Assembly: GCA_949358305.1 (NCBI GenBank)
Contig: OX442314.1
Coordinates: 3,534,001 to 3,598,000 of the forward strand
Direction: 5' to 3'
Length of the DNA stretch: 64,000 nt
From: Strigamia acuminata
Taxonomy: Eukaryota
Shown here: piece after piece, positions 47,935 to 62,076 of the stretch
Position numbering within the stretch: the first letter of the stretch is position 1
Layout of the letters: each line of letters starts with the position of its first letter
The notes under the pieces: model-generated
Databases searched by the model: none
What the model was told of the DNA's origin: nothing
The model's input: only the letters and a program-made list of their open reading frames with translations
Made by a program: the position numbers and the translations under genes

Positions 47935-50900
47935 TTATGTGACCGATTCTTCGACGACTCGCTGCTTGCGAGCAAAAGAGAGAAAAACTTGTTCCAGAGT
48001 TGCCTGACTCACGGAATAGTCTTCGAGATTAAACAGCGCTTTCGCCTTCTCCATCGACTCGAAGAGGTACGCCCATTTGGTCTCCACGTCCTTAATTTGG
48101 TAATGCACGAGTCCCTAAAACAAATGAATATAACTTAATACACAGTTTGCGGCAGCTACTTTTCCCTTATGCCGGGACTACTCGATTAAACGCCGGGCAC
48201 TCAGCGGCAAGTTCAGCAATTGTCGGTGGCATCGAATAAACGCCGGGTTCCAAAAATGGGTGATTTTTCGCAAAAAGTCGAAGATTTTTGCGAAAGAATG
48301 AGCATTTTAAGCAAAAAAAATCATCATTTTTAGCAAAAAACCATCATTTTAAACGGAAAATCGGCGATTTTTAACAAAAAAAATCATCATTTTTAGCAAA
48401 AAAACCTCATTTTTTAGCAAAAAGTCATCATTTTAAACGGAAAATCGGCTGTTTTTAGCAAAAAAATCATCATTTTTAGCCATAAATCATCATTTTAAAC
48501 GAAAAATCGGCTGTTTTTAGCAAAAAAATCATCATTTTTAGCCATAAATCATCATTTTTAGCCAAAAATGATCATTTAAAACGAAAAATCGGCGATTTTT
48601 AGCAAAAAAATCATCATTTTTAGCCATAAATTATGATTTTTGGCTAAAAATGATAATCGTCATTTTAAACAAAAAATCGGCAATTTTTAGCAAAAAATCG
48701 TCATTTTTAGCAAAAAATCATAATTTTAAACGAAAAATCGGCGATTTTTAGCAAATAATCGGCGATTTTTCAGTTATGAGCCGGGCCTCGAATAAGTGCC
48801 AGGTGGGGCGAGTCGAAGAAACTATTAAACGCCCCGGCGTTTATTCGAGGCAGTACAGTATATTTCAAATTTCAGAAAGTAGATCCCGTTTGTTTATAAG
48901 AAAAATAAATAAAAACATCGTTTGGAGATCAAAATTGATCCTAGGTAAATGACACAATGTTAATTTAAATCTTTTTTTTTTATCTTACTTGGTGTATGTC
49001 CTGAAGAACGGCACTTGGAAATGTCTGCTCAATGTATGTCTGTAATTCCGTCTGCTTATTTGTCATTAGATTGATGGTCGAACTAGCACCGGGCTTGAGT
49101 TTGGCTAAAACTGTAAATCCCTGACTGAATTTGTTCTTCAGATGCTGGATCGGACCAAAACACTGGAACTGACCGTTCACCATAATGCCCACTCTGTTGC
49201 AGAGCACTTCACATTCCTCCATACTAGAAAATTTGTCCAAAATTAGTCCAAAATTTCATCACTATCATTCACTACATTCATTTACCTATGCGAAGTCAAA
49301 ACAACCGATATTCCCCGCCCGTTAGCGCTTCTTAGAATGTCCCATATTTTTCTCCTGGCGACCGGGTCCACTCCGGTCGTGGGCTCATCCAAAAATACGA
49401 CCGGCGGATCTCCGATGAATCCCATGGCTGCACTCAGTTTTCTTTTATTTCCACCGCTAAATAAATAATTTTTTTTTAAAATAACTTTGTTCTAATCAGT
49501 TAAGTCTCTTTATTTCGAATACCTGTAGAAAAGCGTGATTTTATCGGCATGCTCGGTGAGGTCAAAGTCCACGATGTACTGATCGACAACCGCCTTTATT
49601 TGGGAACTGCAAATTCCACGAAGGTGAGCAAAAACGGTGAGGATTTCTCGTCCGGTCAAGTAATCGATGAGCGCATCAAATTGCGGGCAATAGCCAACTT
49701 GCTTTAAAAACTAAACCAAATATAGTTAGGTTAATGCACTTGGATGGATGAAAAACCTATCGGGGCTTACTTGTCCTCGCTTGTGCCGTACACTAGACCT
49801 GTTAATGTAAGCATCGCCGTGAGTGATGACCAAGTCGCCGGTAAGCATTTGAAATGTGGTCGTTTTGCCAGCGCCGTTAATTCCCAGCAGGCCAAAACAT
49901 TCGGCGAAATGAACACCAAAACTCAAATCGTCAACGGCTGCAAAGTTGGAGAATACTTTCCTCAAGTCCTGCACCACCATAACATCGGTGTCGATGATGT
50001 CTGTATGGAAACGAAAAATGCTCTACAACTTTTCAATTGACATTGTTTCCTTTTAACGTTTGGAACAAACACCTTTCATTTACTTGTTAGTACAAGACAA
50101 CCCTTGCTATTGCCATCAAACAGTTGGTGATAACCAGAATTCATTGTATACTCTTTCCGAACTCAAGAAGAGCCCTGGAAGCTGGGCTCCCATTGGCCTA
50201 CTTGGAACTGCAATGCAACTACTGCTACACTAGTGAGATAGCTCGGCCAATGGGAGCCCAGCTTCCAGGGCTCTTCTTGAGTTCGGAAAGAGTATAGTGA
50301 AATAATTTGTAATGGGAGAAATTTTTGTCAGCAATTACAATTTCGGTTTTTCGTTCGTTACATTTGTTTAATGTAACACAACCCAGTCTAAAGGTGGAAA
50401 CACAAGGGAGCGGGTAAAATTCCAAAGCTTGCTAGCACAAGTTTAATGAGGGAGTCATTTACAAGCTCACTTGACCCCACTTTTGGCTTACCAGCTTAAC
50501 TGGCAAACTCAAGCTAGCTACCGTCTTCCCCCAAAATCTCCTCTAAGAATTTCCTCACGATTCTGATTGGCTGTCAAAGTCACATGACCAAAACGCCAGC
50601 AAGCTTGAAGCTGGTCAACCGAATTCAGTTTGATCGGAGCGGGTGAGTACAAGATCGCTTCAAAACAAACCTTTGAATAAAAACGCAAGCTTGTGTTTGC
50701 TCAAGCAGGTGAGTTTTTAGCCGCTTTTTCAAGTAAAAGCAAGTTTTTAAATTTTACCCGCTCCCTTGTGTTTCCACCTTTAGAAGCCCTGGTGTAGTTC
50801 ACACTTAAATCACTTTTGTACAAAGTCTAATTTCTACACGTTTGTTCTGACGTGTAGAAAAGCAATAACGTAAACATAAATAACTCACTTGGATCGTGAA

Positions 50901-53900
50901 TTCGCCGCTTTTCCGCAAGCACATCTTCATCTAACGCATTTCCCAGTCCGTCGAACGTGTTGACATTGTTTCTATTTCCAATCAATTGGTTTTTTCCCCG
51001 GCGAATTTTATACCAAAGCGTGTAGAAAACTCCCTGTTCGATGAGCGCCAAAATACCGAAATATAACACTCCGGTCACAGCCATCATGGTAACTTCCTGA
51101 CTAATTCCGCTATCCCACTTAAAATAATCAGGCTTCACAGGAGGCAAACCAGTCAAACCCCCAAAGATTTCATTGAAAGATGAAATCTGAACCATTTTCA
51201 TCAATGCCACGGTCACGGTGAAATTCGGTACAAGCCGAAACAGCCACTGAACGTCTCGTGCAATGTCCTTCAACGAATCGGAGCCGTATTGTTGGAACGT
51301 GTTGATGGTGATGCTCAAAGTGATGCCGGCTAACAAGTTGGCAATCGTCAGACGGCTGAATCCCGTTGCCGGAACCTTGGCCATGAACGACACGATGTAG
51401 GTAAAGGGAATCGAACACCAGCCGTACAATATGAGCAGTAAAATCACAATTCCTGCAAATTAAACACAATCAACTGAATAATTGTATGGGACAATGTCGT
51501 CGATGTTCAAAACGGCACAAATTTTGAATTTAGTAATCTAACTACCATCTTCACACCGAAAATAACACCATGGTGTTGTATTCGAGTAATCGAGTTATGC
51601 TAGAAATGGCAATTTTGTAAACATAGATCAAATATTCGAATATAACACCACTTCAGCTTTCACACCATGGTGTTGTATTTGTTATATTCAAGTTTTTTAT
51701 TGTTTTCGAATACACCATGGTGTTATGTTCAAATTTTTATAAAAAGATTTAGAACGTACAGTATATGCATCCAAAATGTGCACTGGATAAAGTTAATTTT
51801 ACATATTAGACATAACACATTTATTTATTGAAGGTGTGTTGTGCAGTACTGCCAACAGAGTTGTTTAGAAATGTGTGAATTCAAGTTAGTTAGTGTTAGG
51901 TTAGGTTTTTACTTTTATAACAAACTTACATGATATTGAATGAATATAAGACCATGATGTTAAATTCGAATACAACACCATGGTCTTATTTTCGGTCGAA
52001 GATGGTAGGCAAAACAAGCAATAAAAAACTAAACCTTTGTTTACCTACCAAAAAAAAACCAAACTATGCTAACATTGTTTGATTGATTAAAAGTGGAAAA
52101 AGCTTACTTTGCAAATTATAAAATAAATAAAATCCATCATTCTAATCACTTTTTAAACTAAAATACATTGAAAATAAACAGAACTACTTTTCCGCATTGT
52201 AGAGCACAGACCACAGTTAGGCGTAAACTGGCTTAGCCAATAGGAATTAGGAAAACGTTGTGGTGGTTTTGAGGAAAGGCACAGTTCCTAGGACCTACAA
52301 ACTAGCAGAGATTCAGGAGGCATCCATAAAAAATTGTAATACATGTGCGGTAAAAATTTCAGACAAATGCTTCTAAAAATCAAAGTGCCTAGAATCTACG
52401 AAGGTCTTAAAGTGGCCCTGGGAGTGTGCGCCTGCCTCTCTCATCCTGAGAGAAAGCTTACTTGCTCAACATTCTTGCCAGTGGGAATCAGCGTTGACAG
52501 ACGATCAGCCGCAATTAAGTCGATAAACATTACTGCCAACTTAACAGGTGCACTCTTTGCTTTATTCTATGGAAAATCAATCTCACCTTAGTCAAACGGC
52601 TCACCTTAAAGGTAGGTTCACACTTGTGTTCACACTAGACCCAACGCAAGAAAACTGACGCAACGCAAGCTGCTTGCGTGCAAAATTCTTGACATTGAAG
52701 CCAATTCCTGCTTTAACTCCAAGTTGAAGTAAACGACGCAACGCAAGAAAAGGTCTTGCAGCCAACCAATCACGATCAACACCAATCACGATCGACTCAT
52801 CGATTCACGTCTGGTTGGCGAGACTTTGCCACATCCAAGCAAGCTGCTATTTTCGGATTCTGGAACTAGTTCTAGAACTAGATCCAATTCCAGGTTTCAT
52901 TGAAACCATCTGATCGGCCAGACGCAACATCAATTGTTTCAGCTCTGTCTAAACGTGCCATACAGTGTGAACAGACTCTGCATTGCATTTGATTAATTTT
53001 TCCTTGCATTGCTTTGCATCGCCCCTAGTGTGAACACAAGTGTGAACCTAGCTTAACCCAGTGGTTCTTAACCTTTTTGGAGAGTCCAGCACCCCCTTGG
53101 ATGCATAAAAACCACTGGCCTACTCCTTTCCTAAATACAATAATATTTCCTTTAAAAATTGAAACTAAATAAGACGTTACCAGTTTTCTCTCCGCCAGTG
53201 AACGTCCCCGTCTGGTCTACGGTGGAAAAAAGTATCATGAGCAAAACGGAGCAAACAATGTGCGTAGCATAATCCCAAACGAAAGAAGCGGCCCAGAAAA
53301 CAGCGCCGTCGACGCCGGTCATGAGTTGCAGATGTTTGGACTTGGTGGCCCGCTCGTGGATCGGAAACACGATGAACGACGAAGAGAGAAACGAAAGCCC
53401 GACCGGCACAAACACGCCCAGCATGATCGACTTCACCATCTGTATGATGGCGGCGATGGGGAAGTTGCTCTTCTGGTCCGTCTCCAAAGGCGCGTTCTCG
53501 ACGACCAACGACACGTTTTCCGTCTTGTTGTAATGTCTCGCCATCGCGTTGTGCAACAAATTGAGCGCTAGCGGTTCGGTGTGGTAGAAGAGCCCGTTGT
53601 ACCACAAGTTCATCTTGGTTTTGTCGCCGGACTCGCTGAAATTGGCTCCGACGATGTATTTGTTGGAATAATCGATGAAGTGCTTCTGGCTGAGTTCCTT
53701 CAGGTAGTCCATGGCGTCGCCGCTGACGTTGACGAACGTGGTGTCTGTCGGGAACGAGGAATGGTAATAGTATTCGTAATCTTCGTTGAGGTTTTTTTGG
53801 AAAACCGTGGTGGCGCCGTACTGCGATATGTCCATGGTTAATGCGGGTAAGGAGGTGGGAGTTAAATCCAGTCTGTTGTTGACTATCAGGACGGTTGTTA

Positions 53901-56900
53901 TCATTATGACTGGTAAAAGAATCTGTTGAAATAGAATAAGTTAAATTATATGAATTGTTGAATTATAATTTCATATAATATTCATATATATTTCAATATA
54001 TGTCAATTATATTGAAATTGTTGAAATAATAATAATATTGTTGAAATTGTATTTTTTATTGGTGAAATTGTATTTTTTATTGTTGAAATTGTATTTTTTA
54101 TTGTTGAAATTGTATTTTTTATTGTTGAAATTGTATTTTTTATTGTTAAAATTGTATATTTTATTGTTGAAATTGTATTTTTTATTGTTAAAATTTTATT
54201 TTTTATTGTTGAAATTGAAATCGCCAATTTGGCACAAAATCTTTTAAAAATCGCCAATTTGGGACAAAATCCTTTAAAATCGCCAATTTGAGACAAAATC
54301 TTTTAAAAATCGCCAATTTGGGACAAAATCTTTTAAAAATCGCCAATTTGGGACAAAATCTTTTAAAAATCGCCAATTTGGGACAAAATCTTTTAAAAAT
54401 CGCCAATTTGGGACAAAATCTTTTAAAAATCGCCAATTTGGGACAAAATCTTTTAAAAATCGCCAATTTGGGACAAAATCTTTTAAAAATCGCCAATTTG
54501 GGACAAAATCTTTTAAAAATCGCCAATTTAGCACAAAATCTTTTAAAAATCGCCAATTTAGGACAAAATCTTTTAAAAATCACCAATTTGGGACAAAATC
54601 TTTTAAAAATCGCCAATTGGGAGCTCGTCTATGCAGTCCCCATTTAATGGTTATGCCCATCTTCGATTTGATCATCGCCAATTTTTTCTTACTTGAGCTA
54701 ACAGCAAGACCCAACGGCGTTTCGAATAATACCATCGTTTCAAGAGCAACGCCGTAAACGGTTGCATCCACGAATTAAAACCCGTTGATCGTTGGATGCC
54801 GCTCACTCCGTTTCCAACTGCAACTGCAAAAATCAAATTTAAAAAAACAACACTTTATTTATTATTATTTTTTACAATATATTTACCATAATTACCAGTA
54901 TAATGAAGTAAATTAGCGTTCGATTGATTTTGCTGGATCACGCCGTTGTTGACGCTGCTGCCGCTGCTTTCCTTGACGCTTTCGCCAACCTTGAGAAAAA
55001 CTTCTTCCATCGTGGTGACGCAAATGCCGAAGTTATTCATGCCGAGTTTTGGCGCGTTTGATTCGAGGTGCTTAAACATGTCGGCGAATGTGTTCGAGGA
55101 TTCCGAAGGAAGGATGAGACTTAGTTCGGTCGCGTTGTCGGATTTGATCACGACTCCCGGAACGTGTTGCTGCACCAACGCGCAAATGCGGTTTACATCG
55201 CAATGGTCGGCTTTGCTGATATTCAAATGGTATCCGGCACCTAGAAATTAATCGTTTGGAAAATGTAATGGCATTTTTAAACGTGTGCTAAATAAACATG
55301 GAAAACCATTAAAAAGTACTGAATAAATGTTGACAAATGTTGAATAAATATCGAAGTGTGTTGGATAAATTTTGAGAAATGAAAAATAAATGGTGGGAAA
55401 CGTAGAATAAACGTTAAGAAACATTGGAAAGCATTGGAAAACATTGAAAAAACATTGAAAACGTTTGAAAATATTGAAAAACATTGATAAAACATTGAAA
55501 AACATAGATAAAACATTGAAAAAACATTGAAAACGTTGGAAAATATTGAAAATCATTAATAAGACATTGAAAACGTTAGAAAATACTAAAAAACATTGAT
55601 AAAACATTGAAAAAACATTAAAAACGTTGGAAAACATTGGAAAACATTGAAAAAACATTGGATAACATTGAAAAAACATTGGAAAACATTGAAAAAACAT
55701 TGAAAAAGTTGGAAAAACATTGGAAAACATTGAAAAAACATTGAAAACGTTGGAAAATATTGAAAAAACATTGAAAACGTTGGAAAATATTGAAAATCAT
55801 TAATAAAACATTGAAAAAACATTGATAACATTGGGAAACATTGAAAAAACATTAAAAAACATTGAAAAAACATTGAAAAACATTGAAAAAACATTGAAAA
55901 ACATTGAAAAAACATTGATAAAACATTGGAAAAACATTGGAAAACATTGAAAAACATTGGAAAACATTGAAAAAACATTGGAAAACATTGAAAAAACATT
56001 GGAAAACATTGAAAAAACATTGATAAAACATTAATAACGTTGGGAAATATTGAAAATCATTAATAAAACATTGAAAAAACATTGATAACATTGGGAAACA
56101 TTGAAAAAACATTGGAAAACATTGAAAAAACATTGGAAAACATTGAAAAAACATTGATAAAACATTGAAAAAACATTGAAAAGATTAAATAAGCAAAATT
56201 ACCGTATCTTTTCTTCAAAAACAACGGAGAACCGCAACACTCAATCTGCCCTCGTGCCATAATAGCGATCCTATCGCCCAGCACATCGGCCTCTTCCATA
56301 AAATGCGTGCTCAAAATAATGCACCGATCCTTCCTCGCTTCCTGCAGCAACTCCCAGATGGCTCTCCTCGCTTCCGGGTCCATCCCCGACGTCGGTTCAT
56401 CCAACATAACTATCTAAAAACCCAAAAAAAAATCATTCCAAAACTAAAACACAAAAAAAAAAAAATACTTTTGGATTTCCAATCAGAGCGATTCCCAAAT
56501 TCAACTTCCGCTTCATTCCGCCGGACAACTGCATGGCAAGCGTGTTCCTCTTGTCCCACAGCTGCAGTTTGTGCATCAGGTTTGTCACTTCCGTGTTGAG
56601 TTTCTTGGCCGAATTGATCTTGAGTTGTCCGAAAAACTTGAGGTGTTCGACCACCGTGAGCGTGCTGAACAGCATGTTGTGTTGGGGACACAGGCCGAGG
56701 TTCTCGCGAGCGAAGTCGATGTTGGTTCGTATGTCGTATCCGTTCACGATGGCCGTTCCGCTCGTGGGGGGGAACATTCCCGTCAGAATGGACATCGTGG
56801 TGGTTTTCCCGGCGCCGTTGTGACCGAGTAGAGCCGTTATTTGGCCCTCGTAGATGTTGAGACTCAAATTGTCCACGGCGGTTTTTCCTTTACCGTAATT

Positions 56901-58816
56901 CTGGGAATGAGAAAAATTAATTTGGAAAATCAGTTTAAATATTTATGTTTCATGTTTTATATGCAAAAAAAAGTGGAAAACGCACTTTTTAGGCACGAAA
57001 TGACTACAAAAGTAGAAAAATCACTTTTTAGGCGTAAAAATTAAATTTTTTTTAACCTGAAAATTTATTTTTAAGCAATAAATTCACTTTTCAGATGCTT
57101 AAATTTAATTTTTACGTGCAAAAAACCAAATACTTTAACAAAAATCAACTTTTTTCCATAAAAATGGCATATTTCCAGTAGAAAAATTCACTTTTAGACG
57201 CGTAATCGGCCGTTTTACACCCAAAAATCAAACTTTCCATGTGAAAATAAAATTACTTTAGTTAAATTTCTTATTGCAATAGCCGTATCGAGACCGCTCG
57301 GTTCCTTTTCAAAGTTCATCGAGTTTAAATTATCAACGTCGCCTTCTTCCGAATGCATCTGTTCGATTCTGCACCAATAATCCTTCTGCAAAAAAAATAA
57401 ATAAATAAAATAAAAATAATATAAATAACTTTTCTCAAAAATAATTACCGTGAATAAAAAATACCAAGGTTTTCCAACCCCATAAATCCCAGGAAACACA
57501 TTGTCCAAATACCACGTTAAACCGCCATAGAGAAAAATATCGATAATAAACATCATAATTATATACGCCATCGTTAGATCGTCGCCTTGGTAACTCGGTT
57601 CGTTTAAATTAGTCCAATTAATCCCGATACCTGCAATTATTAATTAGTTTATTCAATAAAACCCAATTAAACTGAATTAAATTGAAATAACTCACTTCGG
57701 CCTTCGAAAGCGACGATAAAGCGAACCGCCCACGCCATCGCCATGTTTGGGAAAATGGCGACGAGCAGTTTCGATGAAATATTCAAATCGTGGTAGCTTC
57801 GAGACATCAAATTGAACGGGATGGAGAAGGTGAGCACCCAGGCGAGCACCCCGATGGCCGTGGCGATCGTGGCTGCGAAAATTAATTTTAATTTTAATTG
57901 TAATTTTGATTTTATTTAGATTTTATTTAGATTTTATTCCGCGTACGTTTTGAAAAGAAGCAGGAAATGAAGAAACAAAAGAAAATGGCGCTCGTGATGT
58001 ATAAAACGAAAATAAATAATATTAATTCGGGAGATGAGTAAGATAGGACCGAGTATTCCTGCAGTTTGGAACACAAAAAGAAGACGATTATAATAGAGCT
58101 GATTAGCATCATGACGAATGAACTAATGAACCAGCCGATCCATTGCAGCCAGCCGGGTAGACCCATCAGTTTCATTAATTCCTGAAACATTAAATTCGAC
58201 ATTTTTAGTATTTTTCAGATTTTGAAAATTTAAAATTGAAAAGGAAAAAATTTAAAAAAAAAAAACGGAATTTATTCAATTGTGTTGACTCAATGTTTTG
58301 ATTAAAACGTGTCATTAATAAAGATAAGCAACTGTTGATAGATGAAGGAGATAAAACAAACTGTAATAGTCTTTTATAAACGAAGTTCTGATAAAATTAA
58401 ATCAGAATTTCATTTGTTTTTGTTATTTTTCAATTTTTTTTCGTTGATTTTCAATTTTTTTCAATTTTTCCTCTCCCTAAAAATGATAATTTAATTTATT
58501 TCGTAAATAAATAACCTATCACCTTAACACCCATTTCCTTTTCCCCCACAATGTATTTAATGAGCGTCGGCGAAATAAAGACGAAACTGAGAACGAGAAA
58601 AAGCGGCAACGTATTCTGAAGAAAATCTGAAAAACAGTTATCCTTATAATAAGGTGGGTAGGGAAATTTTTGCGTCGTTATCTAAAAAACAAAAAATAAA
58701 ATAAATAAATATATCTTTTTTAAAATTTTTTAACTATTTACCTCGAATTGAGACGAATCAAAGCTGCTAGAAGTTAATTCCATAAACCGTAAAGCGATAT
58801 TATGTTGTAGAATCAT
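47935..58816 (-). CDS. ABCA transporter copy 3 (same structure as copy 2)
   Basis: ORF translations identical to copy 2 at +14,142. Confidence 0.88.
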
Positions 58817-61800
58817 AAACGTTTCGTAGTTAACTTTTAAAAAAATATATAAATTATAAAATTTTAAAAATTTTAAATCCAAATTTCTCTTACTGAAATT
58901 CTTTCAATTCTTTCTCTTTCAATTCCAACTTACTGCCTGTAATTGGTTGCAATACACCGCAGACTAGCAAAAACTGCAAAATATTCTAAAATCTTCACAA
59001 AAATCTCTCAAAATCGACAAAAACCATCCAAAAACCTCGAAAAACCTCCCAGAACCTATAAAAATATAGAAAAAAAATCACAAAGAATCAATTTCTTTGC
59101 AAAAAATGCCAAAAAATTAACCAAAACAAGTAAACACTTATCTGAAATCCTTACATATTGACCTAACACCGATCAGGGCTGTTTGTACCAATCAAAATTG
59201 CCTAGAAAATAAAATAAAACCAAATTAACACAACAAAATTTTAAAAAAAAACTGAAAAAAACTGAAAAAACAAATTCCAAAAAATGTAGTTTACCTTCTA
59301 AGATGTCCTACCTGGCTAAGGTGCAGTTGGGGGTCGTCAACAGGCATTTGGGCGATCTGAAATAGCTAGAAAATAAATTTAAAAAATAAAAAACACATCA
59401 AAATCAATAAAAAAAAATTGCCAAATTTGGGAAACATTAATTTCCAATACAAACAACAAAGAACACAACAAATTCCATCAAAAAACCACCGAAATCGTGG
59501 CGGTGGAAAAGAACAAATGCTAGAGAAAATAAATAAAAACAACAAAAAACTCATCAAATTCCATCAAATACCACCGAAATCGCGAAAAATTATTGCTTAA
59601 AACAACCAAACTCACCAGCGAGGCGAGAACGAAACCAACATGGCGGTGTAAAAGAACAAATGCTGGAGAAAATAAATAAAAACAACAAAAAACTCATCAA
59701 ATTCCATCAAATACCACCTAAATCGCGAAAAATTATTGCTTAAAACAACCAAACTCACCAGCGAGGCGAGAACGAAACCAACATGGCGGTGTAAAAGAAC
59801 AAATGCTGGAGAAAATAAATAAAAACAACAAAAACCTCATCAAATTCCATCAAAAAACCACCGAAATCGTGAAAAATCATCGATCAAAACAACCAAACTC
59901 ACCGTGTGAGATGTCCCGGGTTCCGCCCAGGCATTTGGACGGGCTGAAATGCCTAGAAAAGAAATTAAAACAACAAAACACACATCAAATTCCATCCAAA
60001 TCGTGAAAAACCACAGAAATCGTGAAAAATCATCCCCCAAAACAACCAAACTCACCAGCGAGGCGAGAACGAAACCAACATGGCGGCGGAGGACAACAAT
60101 TGCTGGAGGCGCCCCGCTATGCGGTGGCAATCTTGGGAAGGAGGTTAAGGGATGGAGGAGACGAAATCGAGCTTTCTGCACCAATCGCAGCCGCCAACAG
60201 GCCCAAGCCCGCACCCTTTGCCGCTGAATCTAAAGATTTCTTGCACTAGCAAATGATTATTTCAATGCTCATTGGCCAGTTTCTCAAATCTCATTCATTC
60301 GGTTGGTTACTTATTTTTCCCTCCAAATAGTTTTCTCTTCATTGATTGGTCCTTAAAATTCAGTTTCTACTAACTGACACGAGGTGGCGAATAGAGGGCG
60401 CTGCTAGAGTAGAAGAGGCGGCAAATTTGAACGCGCGACAAAAACCATCTTTTAGAAAACCGCTCATCAGTTGCAGTGGTTGCATAAATAAATAAATGAA
60501 ATGATAATTGACGTTAATTCTCAATGTTTTTTTTTTATAAATCTCGACGAAATTTTCAATGTTTTTGATGAATCTCAAACGGTTTTTGTCAGATTTCTAC
60601 AATTTTTAGTTCAATTTCTCCAAATTTTTCTCCAATTTCCCCAAATTTTTGTCAAACTTGCCCTAACCTAACGTGCCCTTAACCTAACGTAACCTAACCT
60701 AACGTGCCCTTAACCTAACCTAACCTAACGTGCCCTTAACTTAACGTAACGTAACCTAACCTAACCTAACCTACCGTAAACTAACCTAACCTAACCTAAC
60801 GTGCCCTTAACCTAACCTAACCTAACGTGCCCTTAACCTAACGTAACCTAACCTAACCTAACCTAACCTACCGTAAACTAACCTAACCTAACCTAACGTG
60901 CCTTAACGTAACATAACCTTACGTGGTCTTGCCTTAACGTAACGTGTCTTTGTCACAAAACGTATTTTTGATTGTAAGAATTTTAATTTTTCTAACTTTG
61001 AACGAGATTTTAAAATCCAAGTTTTTCGAATTAATTGTTGACAATCTTTGAAGTTTTTTTCTCAAATTTTTTTCTTTTTTTCTTTCTTTATTTTATTATT
61101 TTATTTAATTTGCACAAAAATTATTCCCTTTCTTTCTCTCCTCACAAGTCAACACAACAGCCGTCAGTTGAGTTGCCATGGCATTAATCCCCCCTTCCTT
61201 TTATTCCCCCTTCCTTTCCCAATTTGGCCCTTTCTCTCTTGCCTCGTCGGTGACCGCAGCAACTCCGGAAACGAGATCTCAAATGCACTCAAATGAAATG
61301 AAATGAAAATTCCAGAAAACAAAAGATCAAACTTTATTCATTTATTCATTTATTCATTTATTGAATTTATTGCAAGTGGTCAGAATAAAAGTACGTAATA
61401 TTGTTATCCTTGTGTTTCCAGAACAAAAGCGAAGTTTTCACTAATGAAATGTGTATTAGAGTCGGCAAATCCAAAACGGACTTGATGGCGTGCAATTGAG
61501 CTGTAGTTCGAGTCTTTCAAACTGATTTATTAATATCACCTTTAGAAAAGAAAACATATAATGTAAAATTGCTTTCATGCAAAACGATTCAATTTTTAAA
61601 ATATACTCAACGGTTAATTTTGAAAATCCCAAAGGCCTTAATCGCTGCCTTAATCGATTTTCGACATGTTCTCTCGCTACAATGCACACTTGTAACAGAT
61701 TTGTTGTTTAATTGTCAACATAAATTGTTACACTCAAAAACGGTTTGGTTGTTTTAACTAAATGTATCTGTAATCAATGTAAATTCAATATCATGTCTGT

Positions 61801-62076
61801 ATGGACACTTATCATCCAAAAATTAAAGACAAAACCACAATCAAAATAAGAAACAAGCTGTTCAAATATAAGTATCATTTTTAATGATCACGTCATAAAT
61901 AAATATCGTATAGCGGTAACAGTTTTATAAATGCTCTGATAAAACAATGACATTAAATAGAAATTTTAAAAATTATACACATTAATGTGCGTTTGTTCAC
62001 ATAATCAGTGATGACCAGACTCGACAAAAAAATCGAAAAATAAAATTCGAAAAAATAACATGAAATGAAATTTAAG